Shown one piece after another: positions 36,007-43,384 of a stretch of DNA of 43,384 nt. The notes beneath the pieces are model-generated. The model was not told the origin of the DNA. It saw only the letters and a program-made list of their open reading frames with translations, and ran no database searches. The position numbers and the translations under genes are program-made. Source of the DNA: a virus (taxonomy: Duplodnaviria; Heunggongvirae; Uroviricota; Caudoviricetes); IMG/VR virus record IMGVR_UViG_2925908680_000005, positions 1 to 43,384 of that record; one strand, 5' to 3'. Position 1 is the first letter of the stretch; each line of letters opens with the position of its first letter.

Positions 36007-36356
36007 AGTTCCTCAACCTCCCATCCACCACCGAGCTTTTTAGGTTTTGGATAAGCAACCTGAAAGACAAACGGATAGCTGTCTGCCGCAACCTTCATCT
36101 TGACTCTCGCATCGTCAGTAAAGACTGACTTACTTCCCTTAACGTCCACCATCACCAACTGCCCGTCAGCCAACATCACGGCAAAATCTACAGTCAGGAA
36201 GCAGTTGTCAGCTAACCGCAGCTTGATACCCTCGAATCGATACCAGGCGATTTCCCCTGCACGTTTACGCTGCTCAAGGTGCTGGCAATACGCAGATTCT
36301 GTTTTGTTCATCTGTCCTGTTTTGAGTCGACCAAGAGCCTGTATCTGTTTTCTCAT
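36003..36356 (-). CDS. small PD-(D/E)XK-like nuclease fold protein (VRR-NUC/DUF1064-like)
   Basis: 117 aa with D...VDVKG...K pattern. Confidence 0.35.
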   Translation of the reverse strand: MRKQIQALGRLKTGQMNKTESAYCQHLEQRKRAGEIAWYRFEGIKLRLADNCFLTVDFAVMLADGQLVMVDVKGSKSVFTDDARVKMKVAADSYPFVFQVAYPKPKKLGGGWEVEEL

Positions 36357-36359
36357 GAT

Positions 36360-36436
36360 TTACCCTTGAGGTAATTAAAAACCACATAAGACACGAAATC
36401 AATAGAGTTTAGAATATTTTGTTACCCAACAGGTAA
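36360..36436 (-). promoter_or_regulatory. internal early promoter region bracketed by two perfect operator palindromes (36360-36374 TTACC CTTGA GGTAA; 36422-36436 TTACC CAACA GGTAA)
   Basis: read directly; the proximal site overlaps the ribosome-binding region of the 36003..36356 gene. Confidence 0.55.
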
Positions 36437-36448
36437 CTATCGAGGCGT

Positions 36449-36468
36449 AAAAAAATGCGCTATCGCGC
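36449..36468 (-). terminator. short intrinsic terminator after the P-like replication gene
   Basis: GCGC-TATC-GCGC stem followed on the minus strand by a 7-nt U-run. Confidence 0.4.
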
Positions 36469-36473
36469 TGGTA

Positions 36474-37274
36474 TTACTTGATAAATCCTGCCGCCTTTCC
36501 TCGCCTGTATTCCTCCATCAGCCACTGCGCCGGTGTTATTCCCCCCAAGGTGGCGGCGTTAGGCATACACCCGAAACTTCGCCCTGGTGGATGGTAAACG
36601 TCTCTCCCTGTGTCCGGAGGCGTACTCATGGGCTCTGGCTTTGCCTGTATGCTGATCACCGGATCGGGTATCTGCTGTCCGGAAGCCACCTTTTTCGCCC
36701 AATCATCGAGCAGCCTGCGCGCGTGTTTCTCAACCTCAATCTCGCTAAGCTGGCGCTGATACATTGCACGGCGGGTATCACATACGACCCAGTACATAAC
36801 CGGATGTCGCCACGGGAATCTTTCGGGACCACCAGGATATAAACTTTTTTCCTTGCTGTACCGGTGAAACTCCGCCATCACATCGTCAATGGTAACGCCA
36901 AGAACCATCTTGCTGTCTTTACACCACTTGATAAATTGCCCTGGCGACGGCCAGAACGGAGATTCACTGGCGCGGGCGTGGCGCATACCAGCAGAAACCT
37001 GTTCACGGGTTCGGATCCCCCCTTCGGCAAACGCAGCAATCCACTGCTGTTTTGCAGCAACTTCCTGCTCTGGCGTCTTCAGGTTGGTTACCACTGCCGC
37101 CGGAAACAGTTGTTTCAGCTGTTTGAAAAGGGCATCAACAAGCCTCTCTGCTGACATGTTCACCACATTGTCATTGTTGACGTATTGATGCTCATAACCT
37201 GACATGCGAGAAAGGGCTTCTCCGTCACGGTTTTGTATCGCGGTAAAAACGTTGTTCACAAGAAATCCTCCCAC
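36474..37274 (-). CDS. replication protein P-like (helicase loader)
   Basis: 266 aa; central region (FPAAVVTNL...QWIAAFAEGGIRTREQVSAGMRHARASESPFWPSPGQFIKWC) resembles lambda P as recalled from memory. Confidence 0.7.
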   Translation of the reverse strand: MGGFLVNNVFTAIQNRDGEALSRMSGYEHQYVNNDNVVNMSAERLVDALFKQLKQLFPAAVVTNLKTPEQEVAAKQQWIAAFAEGGIRTREQVSAGMRHARASESPFWPSPGQFIKWCKDSKMVLGVTIDDVMAEFHRYSKEKSLYPGGPERFPWRHPVMYWVVCDTRRAMYQRQLSEIEVEKHARRLLDDWAKKVASGQQIPDPVISIQAKPEPMSTPPDTGRDVYHPPGRSFGCMPNAATLGGITPAQWLMEEYRRGKAAGFIK

Positions 37275-38143
37275 GCTTCAGGGCTGTTCCAGTGCGGAAC
37301 GTTGTTATCAGGTAATGTTGATTGCTTCTGTCTGCTAATCTGCAGCCGCCTTGCCAGCTTCTGCTCCCACTGTGCCTGATGGTATGCCTTACCCTCAGCC
37401 ATCCAGTAAATTCTGAACTCTGCAAGTTCCTGTGCCGTTGGCAGACTGTCCAGGTAGATCCCCTGCAATGAGCTTTTCCGAAGAAAGTCATCTGATGGCT
37501 GCCATTGTTCATGCATGACAAATTTTCCTAATTGCCCTGGCCCACCAGGAGGAACAAAGTTATTCATCACGGCGTTGTTTGCGCCGGGGTCATGAGGCAC
37601 AGAATCCCCGGTTTTTGTCCTGCTCTCCCTCTCTTGGTTAAATGACTGGTTATATGACTGGTTCTGGATCCCGTTTTTGGGATCATTCAACATCCCGTTT
37701 TTGGGATCATTCAACATCCCGTTTTTGGGATCATTCAACATCCCGTTTTTGGGATCATTCAACATCCCGTTTTTGGGATCATTCAACATCCCGTTTTTGG
37801 GTATATTCCCGTTTTCGGTAACATTACCGTTTTCGGGTTCATTACCCCCTTCCCGGTTGCCTTTAATGTTCCCGTTTTTGGTTATATTAAGAGAGAAAAC
37901 CCGCACTCTTTTCGTCGCTCCCTTTCTCTCTCCGGTATCTGAAATAAGCCCCATTTTCATGAGCGATATAAGCCCGGCCTGCACGGTTTTTTTATTCAAG
38001 CAAGTGTCTTTAACGAGGCGTTCTATGCTGGGGTAGCAGAGGTTATATTCATCGGCTCTGTCAGCCATCGAGAGCAGTATGAGCTTTAATGATGAGCTGC
38101 CTGGATCTGTCTCCCAGGCCCAATCTGTTGCATGTCTGCTCAT
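37256..38143 (-). CDS. replication initiator O-like protein with in-gene iterons
   Basis: 295 aa; N-terminal winged-HTH-like domain; central GMLNDPKN x5 peptide repeat encoded by tandem 24-bp DNA repeats. Confidence 0.7.
   Translation of the reverse strand: MSRHATDWAWETDPGSSSLKLILLSMADRADEYNLCYPSIERLVKDTCLNKKTVQAGLISLMKMGLISDTGERKGATKRVRVFSLNITKNGNIKGNREGGNEPENGNVTENGNIPKNGMLNDPKNGMLNDPKNGMLNDPKNGMLNDPKNGMLNDPKNGIQNQSYNQSFNQERESRTKTGDSVPHDPGANNAVMNNFVPPGGPGQLGKFVMHEQWQPSDDFLRKSSLQGIYLDSLPTAQELAEFRIYWMAEGKAYHQAQWEQKLARRLQISRQKQSTLPDNNVPHWNSPEAWEDFL
37666..37881. repeat. iteron array (candidate origin of replication): five perfect tandem 24-bp repeats (37681-37800) flanked by degenerate 14-25-bp copies
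   Basis: unit GATCATTCAACATCCCGTTTTTGG repeated head-to-tail five times; degenerate CCGTTTT(C/T)GG-containing copies on both sides. Confidence 0.7.
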
Positions 38144-38158
38144 GATTAATCTCCGCTA

Positions 38159-38359
38159 TCAGCTTGAATGTTGTGGGGAGGAATTAATCATGATCTGCTT
38201 AATCTCTGCCCTGATGCGACGGTTTGATTCCATGGTGCACTCAACACAGTGTCCGTTGTAAACCCAGCGCTCACTGTCATGTCCGTGCTTACATGGTTTT
38301 CCGGTGTAGTAGCGTTTAAGTCCGCGCTTTGCGGCATCAATACGTGTAATGATTTCCAT
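38159..38359 (-). CDS. small zinc-ribbon protein in the cII position
   Basis: 66 aa from the MEIITR methionine; CKHGH...CVEC. Confidence 0.35.
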   Translation of the reverse strand: MEIITRIDAAKRGLKRYYTGKPCKHGHDSERWVYNGHCVECTMESNRRIRAEIKQIMINSSPQHSS

Positions 38360-38420
38360 GGTAAGCCCTGTTATTAGTATTGGGATTACGGTTATTTTGT
38401 GCTGACACAAAAAAAAGATC

Positions 38421-38454
38421 AACCAAATTTGGTTTTTTATTACCTTTAAGGTGC
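38421..38454 (-). promoter_or_regulatory. 14-bp perfect palindrome AACCAAATTTGGTT with adjacent T-run (tR1-like position) plus imperfect operator copy TTACC TTTAA GGTGC (38440-38454)
   Basis: read directly between cro-like and cII-position genes. Confidence 0.35.
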
Positions 38455-38509
38455 GAATAGATATGAAAAGACCGCCGGATGGCGGCCTACAGAGGGTTGT
38501 GGCTGGATA

Positions 38510-38740
38510 TCATGAGTAGAAGAAGTATGCCAGTTCTGCTTTTGAGCGCAGCCATTGTCTTGTTTTACAGGCTTTAAAAAGCCCATTCATCAATACCTTA
38601 CCTGGCATTTTGCGCTTACCTGTTAAGTGAGTCTGGATATAGTGACTCGTCGTTCCGGCTTCCTGTGCGAAGGCTTCACGCTCATCCGGAGTAAGTGCAA
38701 GCCAGTGCTTTTTGAAATCGAAATGTCCGTTATCGCTCAT
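38510..38740 (-). CDS. Cro-like small DNA-binding regulator
   Basis: 76 aa, divergent from repressor gene. Confidence 0.5.
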   Translation of the reverse strand: MSDNGHFDFKKHWLALTPDEREAFAQEAGTTSHYIQTHLTGKRKMPGKVLMNGLFKACKTRQWLRSKAELAYFFYS

Positions 38741-38776
38741 AGCTATTGCCTGATATTTATTTCAGATAATAAATAT

Positions 38777-38839
38777 TCACCCATAAGGTAACAAAAATCA
38801 AGGATAGTTACCTATGGGGTGCATTTACCTGTTGGGTAA
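38777..38839. promoter_or_regulatory. tripartite operator region between cro-like and repressor genes: TCACC CATAA GGTAA (38777-38791), TTACC TATGG GGTGC (38808-38822), TTACC TGTTG GGTAA (38825-38839)
   Basis: read directly; one perfect and two one-or-two-mismatch copies in 63 bp. Confidence 0.6.
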
Positions 38840-38894
38840 TATTGCTTTAAATTGAATCATCTACTGATTCATATATGAGGCGATTTTCCAGAAA

Positions 38895-39479
38895 ATGAAA
38901 AGTATCCAGGACGTCCGCAGGCAAAATCTCAACGACTTGATCGACCGTGAATTCAATGGTGTTCAGACGCGGATGGCAGAAAAACTTGGAACTCAGGCAA
39001 ATCTGGTAAACCGCTGGGCTCTTGGCAAGAAGGTTATCGGCGACCAGGTTGCGCGAAAAATTGAAGCTGCCGCCAATAAACCCCGTAACTGGCTTGATAT
39101 CGATCGCTCGCTTTCTCAAGAAGGTTTTCAGCCTGTCGGACCAAGCGACATTGGTCAGCTGGCGGCTCACAACCTGGAACGCTGGATGAGCGAAAGCCGA
39201 GACCTTTCAACGCAGGGAAAACTTCACCGCGCATCCGGCGTCGCCCAGGTGACAATCAGCCGCCTGTTAAACAATGAGGTCAGCGTTTCCATTTCCACCC
39301 TGGAGAATGTTGCATCCGCATTCGGGCGTCACGGCTATGAATTACTGATTCACCCGCACGACCCTGCGACTATCAACTATGATCGCTCGCGCTACGCATT
39401 GTTACCTGAAACAGAGAAGGCAAAGATCGAAAGTTACATTGAATTTGTCATCAACCAGAACGAAAAAAGCAAACAATAA
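38895..39479 (+). CDS. immunity repressor-like protein with two HTH domains and no recognisable LexA-type autocleavage domain
   Basis: 194 aa; two XRE-type HTH-like segments; no Ala-Gly/Ser-Lys peptidase motif seen. Confidence 0.6.
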   Translation: MKSIQDVRRQNLNDLIDREFNGVQTRMAEKLGTQANLVNRWALGKKVIGDQVARKIEAAANKPRNWLDIDRSLSQEGFQPVGPSDIGQLAAHNLERWMSESRDLSTQGKLHRASGVAQVTISRLLNNEVSVSISTLENVASAFGRHGYELLIHPHDPATINYDRSRYALLPETEKAKIESYIEFVINQNEKSKQ

Positions 39480-39500
39480 AACTATAGTTTTCAGAAAGTA

Positions 39501-39525
39501 AGCCGCCTCATGGCGGCTTTTTTAT
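39501..39525 (+). terminator. intrinsic terminator after repressor gene
   Basis: AGCCGCC-TCAT-GGCGGCT stem followed by TTTTTTA. Confidence 0.75.
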
Positions 39526-39536
39526 TGCCCATGAAA

Positions 39537-39613
39537 TTACCTTACGGGTAATTTTTTTAACTCATATCTATTGACAACAAACCAAATACGCATAATTATT
39601 ACCTCAACGGTAA
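39537..39613 (+). promoter_or_regulatory. PL-like early promoter (TTGACA 39571-39576, 16-bp spacer, ATAATT 39593-39598) bracketed by two perfect operator palindromes (39537-39551 and 39599-39613)
   Basis: read directly. Confidence 0.6.
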
Positions 39614-39632
39614 CAAGCCGAGGTAACAAGTT

Positions 39633-39785
39633 ATGCAGTGGAAAATCATCAACGGTTGGTACTGCGTTACTGCATGCGGATTCATGAGCTGGAAGTTCCG
39701 CACATTACAGGAAGGCATTAAGTGGGCTTTCGTCAGCAAAGAAGCTCGCGATGTGGCCAACGATAACGAGATATGGGAGGGCTGA
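39633..39785 (+). CDS. small Trp/Cys-rich protein, first gene of the rightward early operon (below the ORF-track size cutoff)
   Basis: 50-codon ORF MQWKIINGWYCVTACGFMSWKFRTLQEGIKWAFVSKEARDVANDNEIWEG found by hand translation. Confidence 0.35.
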   Translation: MQWKIINGWYCVTACGFMSWKFRTLQEGIKWAFVSKEARDVANDNEIWEG

Positions 39786-39787
39786 TA

Positions 39788-40087
39788 ATGAACGTTAATC
39801 AGCAGAAAAATCTTCAAAAAATCATGCTGGCATTCGACAAGGACTACCGCCTGTCAGAACAGCTATATGACCGACAAGTTGAACTGATTGAGAGCATCCG
39901 ACTTCATCAACTGTCCTCAACTTTCGACGTTGTAACAGGCAAAGGCGTTCGTCAGGAAGTGCTGGAGGCAGCTAAAGACAGCCCTGAGTTCGAAGAACTT
40001 ATGGATGCCTACCGGCGCGAGGCAATGGCAATTATCGCCCGCTGGGATCTGGCTGATCAGCTTGATGGGCAGAGGGACGCGGCATGA
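39788..40087 (+). CDS. hypothetical early protein
   Basis: 99 aa from the MNVNQQ methionine with GGGAGGG ribosome-binding site; stop overlaps next start. Confidence 0.45.
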   Translation: MNVNQQKNLQKIMLAFDKDYRLSEQLYDRQVELIESIRLHQLSSTFDVVTGKGVRQEVLEAAKDSPEFEELMDAYRREAMAIIARWDLADQLDGQRDAA

Positions 40088-40905
40088 AGCCGGGAATTTA
40101 TTTCGACATCAGCAACGAAGACTACCACGCCGGTGACGGCGTGAGTAAGTCGCAACTGGACATGGTTGCCAAGAATCCGGCGCTTCTCAAATGGGTTCAG
40201 GCAGCACCAGAAGACGAAGAGAAAAAGTCTGCACTGGATATGGGAACCGCATTGCACTGTCTGCTTCTGGAACCTGGAGAATTCGACAAACGCTTCATCG
40301 TTTCACCGAAATTCGATCGTCGGACAAAACAAGGTAAAGCTGACGAAGAAGCATTTCTTCGTGATGTGGCGGATATGGGTATTACGGTACTTGATGTCGA
40401 GCAGTGGCGAAAACTGGAGCTGATGCGTGATAGCGCAATGGCTCATCCGGCGGCACGCTGGATGCTGGAAGCACCTGGTTACTGCGAAGCATCAATGTAC
40501 TGGAACGATGAAGATACGGGTGAGTTGTGCCGAATTCGTCCAGACAAATGGCTGAACGAGCACAACGTGATCGTCGACGTGAAAAAGGTTGCAGATATGG
40601 ACCGTTTTGCACGCCACATCGAGGAATTCCGCTACCACGTGCAGGACGCAATGTACCGCGAAGGTGCAATGAGGGTTACTGGTCAGCCGCATGGTTTTTT
40701 CTTTCTTGCCGTGAGCGAAAGCATTGATTGTGGTCGGTATCCGGTACGCGTGTTCGAGCTGGATGCGCAGGATGTCGATGCCGGGCACGCTCTGTTCCGC
40801 CGGGATCTGAATACCTATCACGAATGCCGCATCAATGATGAATGGGGTGGTGTGGAAATCATTAAACGCCCTGAGTGGGCACGCAAACAGGATATGTACA
40901 TATGA
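40084..40905 (+). CDS. PD-(D/E)XK exonuclease (RecE-like nuclease domain)
   Basis: 273 aa; nuclease-like pattern (IRPD...IVDVKK); translationally coupled to annealase. Confidence 0.6.
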   Translation: MKPGIYFDISNEDYHAGDGVSKSQLDMVAKNPALLKWVQAAPEDEEKKSALDMGTALHCLLLEPGEFDKRFIVSPKFDRRTKQGKADEEAFLRDVADMGITVLDVEQWRKLELMRDSAMAHPAARWMLEAPGYCEASMYWNDEDTGELCRIRPDKWLNEHNVIVDVKKVADMDRFARHIEEFRYHVQDAMYREGAMRVTGQPHGFFFLAVSESIDCGRYPVRVFELDAQDVDAGHALFRRDLNTYHECRINDEWGGVEIIKRPEWARKQDMYI

Positions 40906-41843
40906 GCAACGACATCGCAAACATCAACGCACCAGTAGACACAGCAATCGCTGGAACTGCTGCAACTATTTTCAGCCCAGACGGCTTGAACCAACTGATG
41001 AAATTCGCCGAGGTAATGGCGCAAAGCCGCGTAACGGTACCGGCGCACCTCGCTGGGAAACCAGCTGATTGCATGGCCGTGGCAATGCAGGCTGCGCAGT
41101 GGGGAATGAACCCGTTTGCCGTGGCTCAGAAAACCCATGTTGTGAACGGCACGCTAGGTTATGAAGCCCAATTAGTAAACGCAGTTATCTCAACAATGTC
41201 GCCAACAAAAGATCGCATCAACTACGAGTGGTTCGGGCCGTGGGAACGCGTGATCGGTAAGTTTGTTGAGAAAACATCCAAAAACGGCAATCCGTATATC
41301 GCACCAGGCTGGACTCTAAAAGACGAAGAAGGTTGCGGTGTTCGCGTATGGGCAACCATGAAGGGCGAGGATCAACCTCGAGTGCTTGAGTTAATGCTGT
41401 CTCAAGCACAGGTAAGAAACTCCACACTTTGGGCCAGTGATCCGAAACAACAACTCGCATACCTTGCAACAAAACGCTGGTCTCGCTTGCACTGTCCTGA
41501 CGTAATCATGGGCGTCTACACACCAGACGAATTACAGGAAACGGCACCGCGCGTTGAGCGAGACATTACTCCGCAAACGACCACTGCTGCGGGAATGAAC
41601 AGTCTGATTAACGCTAAACAAGTGAAAAATCCTGATGAGCAAACGCGTAAAGCGGATAGCCGTGATCCAGAAGAAATGCTAATGGCCTTTACCAGCGCAG
41701 CGATGAATTACAGCACTGTCTCCGAACTGGATAAAGCTTACAAATACATTGCACAAAAACTTTCAGATGATGACGAACTGCTGGCAAAAGCCACCGACGT
41801 TTACAGCGTTCGTCGGGAAGAATTAAACGAAACATCTATGTAA
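40902..41843 (+). CDS. RecT/Red-beta family single-strand annealing protein
   Basis: about 313 aa from the MSNDIANIN methionine; C-terminal region (WASDPKQQLAYLATKRW...ERDITPQ) resembles lambda Bet as recalled from memory. Confidence 0.6.
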   Translation: MSNDIANINAPVDTAIAGTAATIFSPDGLNQLMKFAEVMAQSRVTVPAHLAGKPADCMAVAMQAAQWGMNPFAVAQKTHVVNGTLGYEAQLVNAVISTMSPTKDRINYEWFGPWERVIGKFVEKTSKNGNPYIAPGWTLKDEEGCGVRVWATMKGEDQPRVLELMLSQAQVRNSTLWASDPKQQLAYLATKRWSRLHCPDVIMGVYTPDELQETAPRVERDITPQTTTAAGMNSLINAKQVKNPDEQTRKADSRDPEEMLMAFTSAAMNYSTVSELDKAYKYIAQKLSDDDELLAKATDVYSVRREELNETSM

Positions 41844-41892
41844 CCACCACCGCGGCGCCACACGCGCCGCACTGCAACCAAGAGAGGTATTT

Positions 41893-42141
41893 ATGAAAGG
41901 TGCATTAGGTAAGAAGGAACTCCTGGCGGTGGTGCCACTGTCATGGAGCACTATCGACCGTATGGAGCGCGCAGGGGAATTTCCTAAACGCTGGTATATC
42001 ACCGATAAACGCTGCGCATGGAACCGCGATGAAGTTGAGCGTTGGCTTGATGAACGTCAGGCAGCAAGCCCGGCAGAGTTCCAGGGTAAAAAACCTCCTG
42101 TTCAGCAACGTGTATATCGTCCTGTGAGCAACGCGGCATGA
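41893..42141 (+). CDS. AlpA-family DNA-binding protein (excisionase-like regulator)
   Basis: 82 aa with AlpA-like HTH (LLAVVPLSWSTIDRMERAGEFPKRW...ERW). Confidence 0.6.
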   Translation: MKGALGKKELLAVVPLSWSTIDRMERAGEFPKRWYITDKRCAWNRDEVERWLDERQAASPAEFQGKKPPVQQRVYRPVSNAA

Positions 42142-42250
42142 GTGTGCTGCTAAGGCACTGGAGCAAATGGTCAGGATGGTACTTATTCCTGGCCTCTGTT
42201 TCAGCATGGCTTTATCTGCTGGCATTAATTTTCAGAGAGGGTTGGATTAA

Positions 42251-42550
42251 GTGAGAAAGTTAAGCCGACTTGAAAAATATCACATGAACAAGGTTTCAAT
42301 GCGCAGCCATTCAAAGGTTGTTGCCGTTACTCCTGCGGCGATAGAGATCGAAAAACGCGCGATTGAAAGAGAGAAAAAAGGGCAGTTCCGCATTGCCGCT
42401 CACCTTTGGCTTCAGTGTATGGATGTTGCTTCTGGTGATGTTGAGCGTGCAAGGATCGCGGTTCGCAGGGACCAATGTATCACAAAAGGTAACGGCCTTC
42501 GCCGTGGCGACTATAGCGGCATAGGATGTTGTGGGGTGGTTTATGACTAA
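42251..42550 (+). CDS. PerC/ANR-like small regulator (putative)
   Basis: 99 aa (GTG start, or about 88 aa from the ATG at 42284); central A.E.E..G.F..AA.LW motif. Confidence 0.35.
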   Translation: MRKLSRLEKYHMNKVSMRSHSKVVAVTPAAIEIEKRAIEREKKGQFRIAAHLWLQCMDVASGDVERARIAVRRDQCITKGNGLRRGDYSGIGCCGVVYD

Positions 42551-43193
42551 GAAATACACACTAATCTATGCAGATCCACCCTGGGTATACCGGGACAAAG
42601 CCGCAGATGGTAATCGCGGTGCCGGTTTTAAATATCCGGTTATGAGTGTGCTGGATATCTGCCGCCTTCCTGTGTGGGATTTGGCCGATGAAAACTGTCT
42701 GTTGGCCATGTGGTGGGTGCCAACACAACCACTCGAAGCGCTAAAAGTTGTTGAAGCCTGGGGATTCCGTCTGATGACCATGAAGGGCTTCACGTGGATA
42801 AAATGTGGTAGTCGACAACCAGATAAACTGGTTATGGGTATGGGACACATGACTCGCGCCAATAGTGAAGATTGCCTGTTTGCAGTAAAGGGAAAACTAC
42901 CTCCGCGCATTAATGCAGGGATCGTTCAGTCATTTACCGCACCGCGGCTTGAGCATTCAAGAAAACCAGATGTCGTTCGTGAAAAACTTGTGCAATTGTT
43001 AGGCGATGTTTCTCGCATTGAACTGTTCGCCCGCCAGACGTCTCATGGCTTCGATGTTTGGGGTAATCAGTGCGAAGACCCGGCAGTGCAACTACACCCT
43101 GGATACGCGTTGGATATTGGCGGATTAACAAATGCATTCAGCAATGCTCCGCTGTCACCAACAGACAACCAGGGGCGGGAGCGTGCAGCATGA
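42543..43193 (+). CDS. MT-A70 family DNA N6-adenine methyltransferase
   Basis: about 216 aa from the MTKKYTLIYADPPW methionine; DPPW catalytic motif. Confidence 0.75.
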   Translation: MTKKYTLIYADPPWVYRDKAADGNRGAGFKYPVMSVLDICRLPVWDLADENCLLAMWWVPTQPLEALKVVEAWGFRLMTMKGFTWIKCGSRQPDKLVMGMGHMTRANSEDCLFAVKGKLPPRINAGIVQSFTAPRLEHSRKPDVVREKLVQLLGDVSRIELFARQTSHGFDVWGNQCEDPAVQLHPGYALDIGGLTNAFSNAPLSPTDNQGRERAA

Positions 43194-43384
43194 ACAGGGC
43201 ATCACCAGCAGATTTAAGGAAATGCCTTGAAACTGCAAACATGCTTGCACACAGCGGGATCAGGTTTGTTCCAGTTCCCGCTGTCACTGATGCTGAATTT
43301 GCAACGCTGTCAGCAATATTCGCAGACAAAATTGAATCACTGGCAGCAGAAGCCGAGATGGAAGAAAATCAGCAGAATAATTAA
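43190..43384 (+). CDS. hypothetical small protein
   Basis: 64 aa from the MNRASPADL methionine; stop codon is the last triplet of the window. Confidence 0.4.
   Translation: MNRASPADLRKCLETANMLAHSGIRFVPVPAVTDAEFATLSAIFADKIESLAAEAEMEENQQNN

Noticed and set aside
37666-37881. Tandem 24-bp repeats as a CRISPR array
   Set aside because: Repeats are contiguous with no spacers, lie in frame inside a replication initiator gene and encode a peptide repeat; this is an iteron array.

Overview
The window reads as an essentially complete temperate phage (prophage) genome of enterobacterial type, with both window edges falling exactly on stop codons inside phage-type genes, so no attL/attR junction is visible. 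Left to right: a two-gene Gabija-like defence cassette (OLD-family ATPase/TOPRIM nuclease plus UvrD-like helicase) next to a tyrosine integrase; a lysis cassette (two holin-like proteins, GH19 endolysin, embedded spanin pair); an AT-rich family-3 acyltransferase moron; a tailspike; an antirepressor region with an SOS box and an IS2 insertion (5-bp target duplication CTATC) splitting a Bro-N antirepressor gene; a T7-like ordered virion module (internal virion proteins, tail tubular A/B-like, capsid, scaffold, portal); a phage-borne tRNA-Arg(UCU) on the opposite strand; terminase small and large subunits; a lambda-like early region (P-like and O-like replication genes with in-gene iterons, cII-position gene, cro-like, divergent two-HTH repressor); and a rightward early operon (PD-(D/E)XK exonuclease, Bet/RecT-family annealase, AlpA-like, PerC-like, MT-A70 methyltransferase). 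The most striking sequence-level signal is a 15-bp palindrome TTACC-N5-GGTAA present as 9 perfect and about 5 imperfect copies, almost all in intergenic control regions, consistent with a genome-wide operator network. A second 14-mer palindrome (CGTGACATGTCACA) occurs three times. All product calls are from reading the translations; no database search was run.
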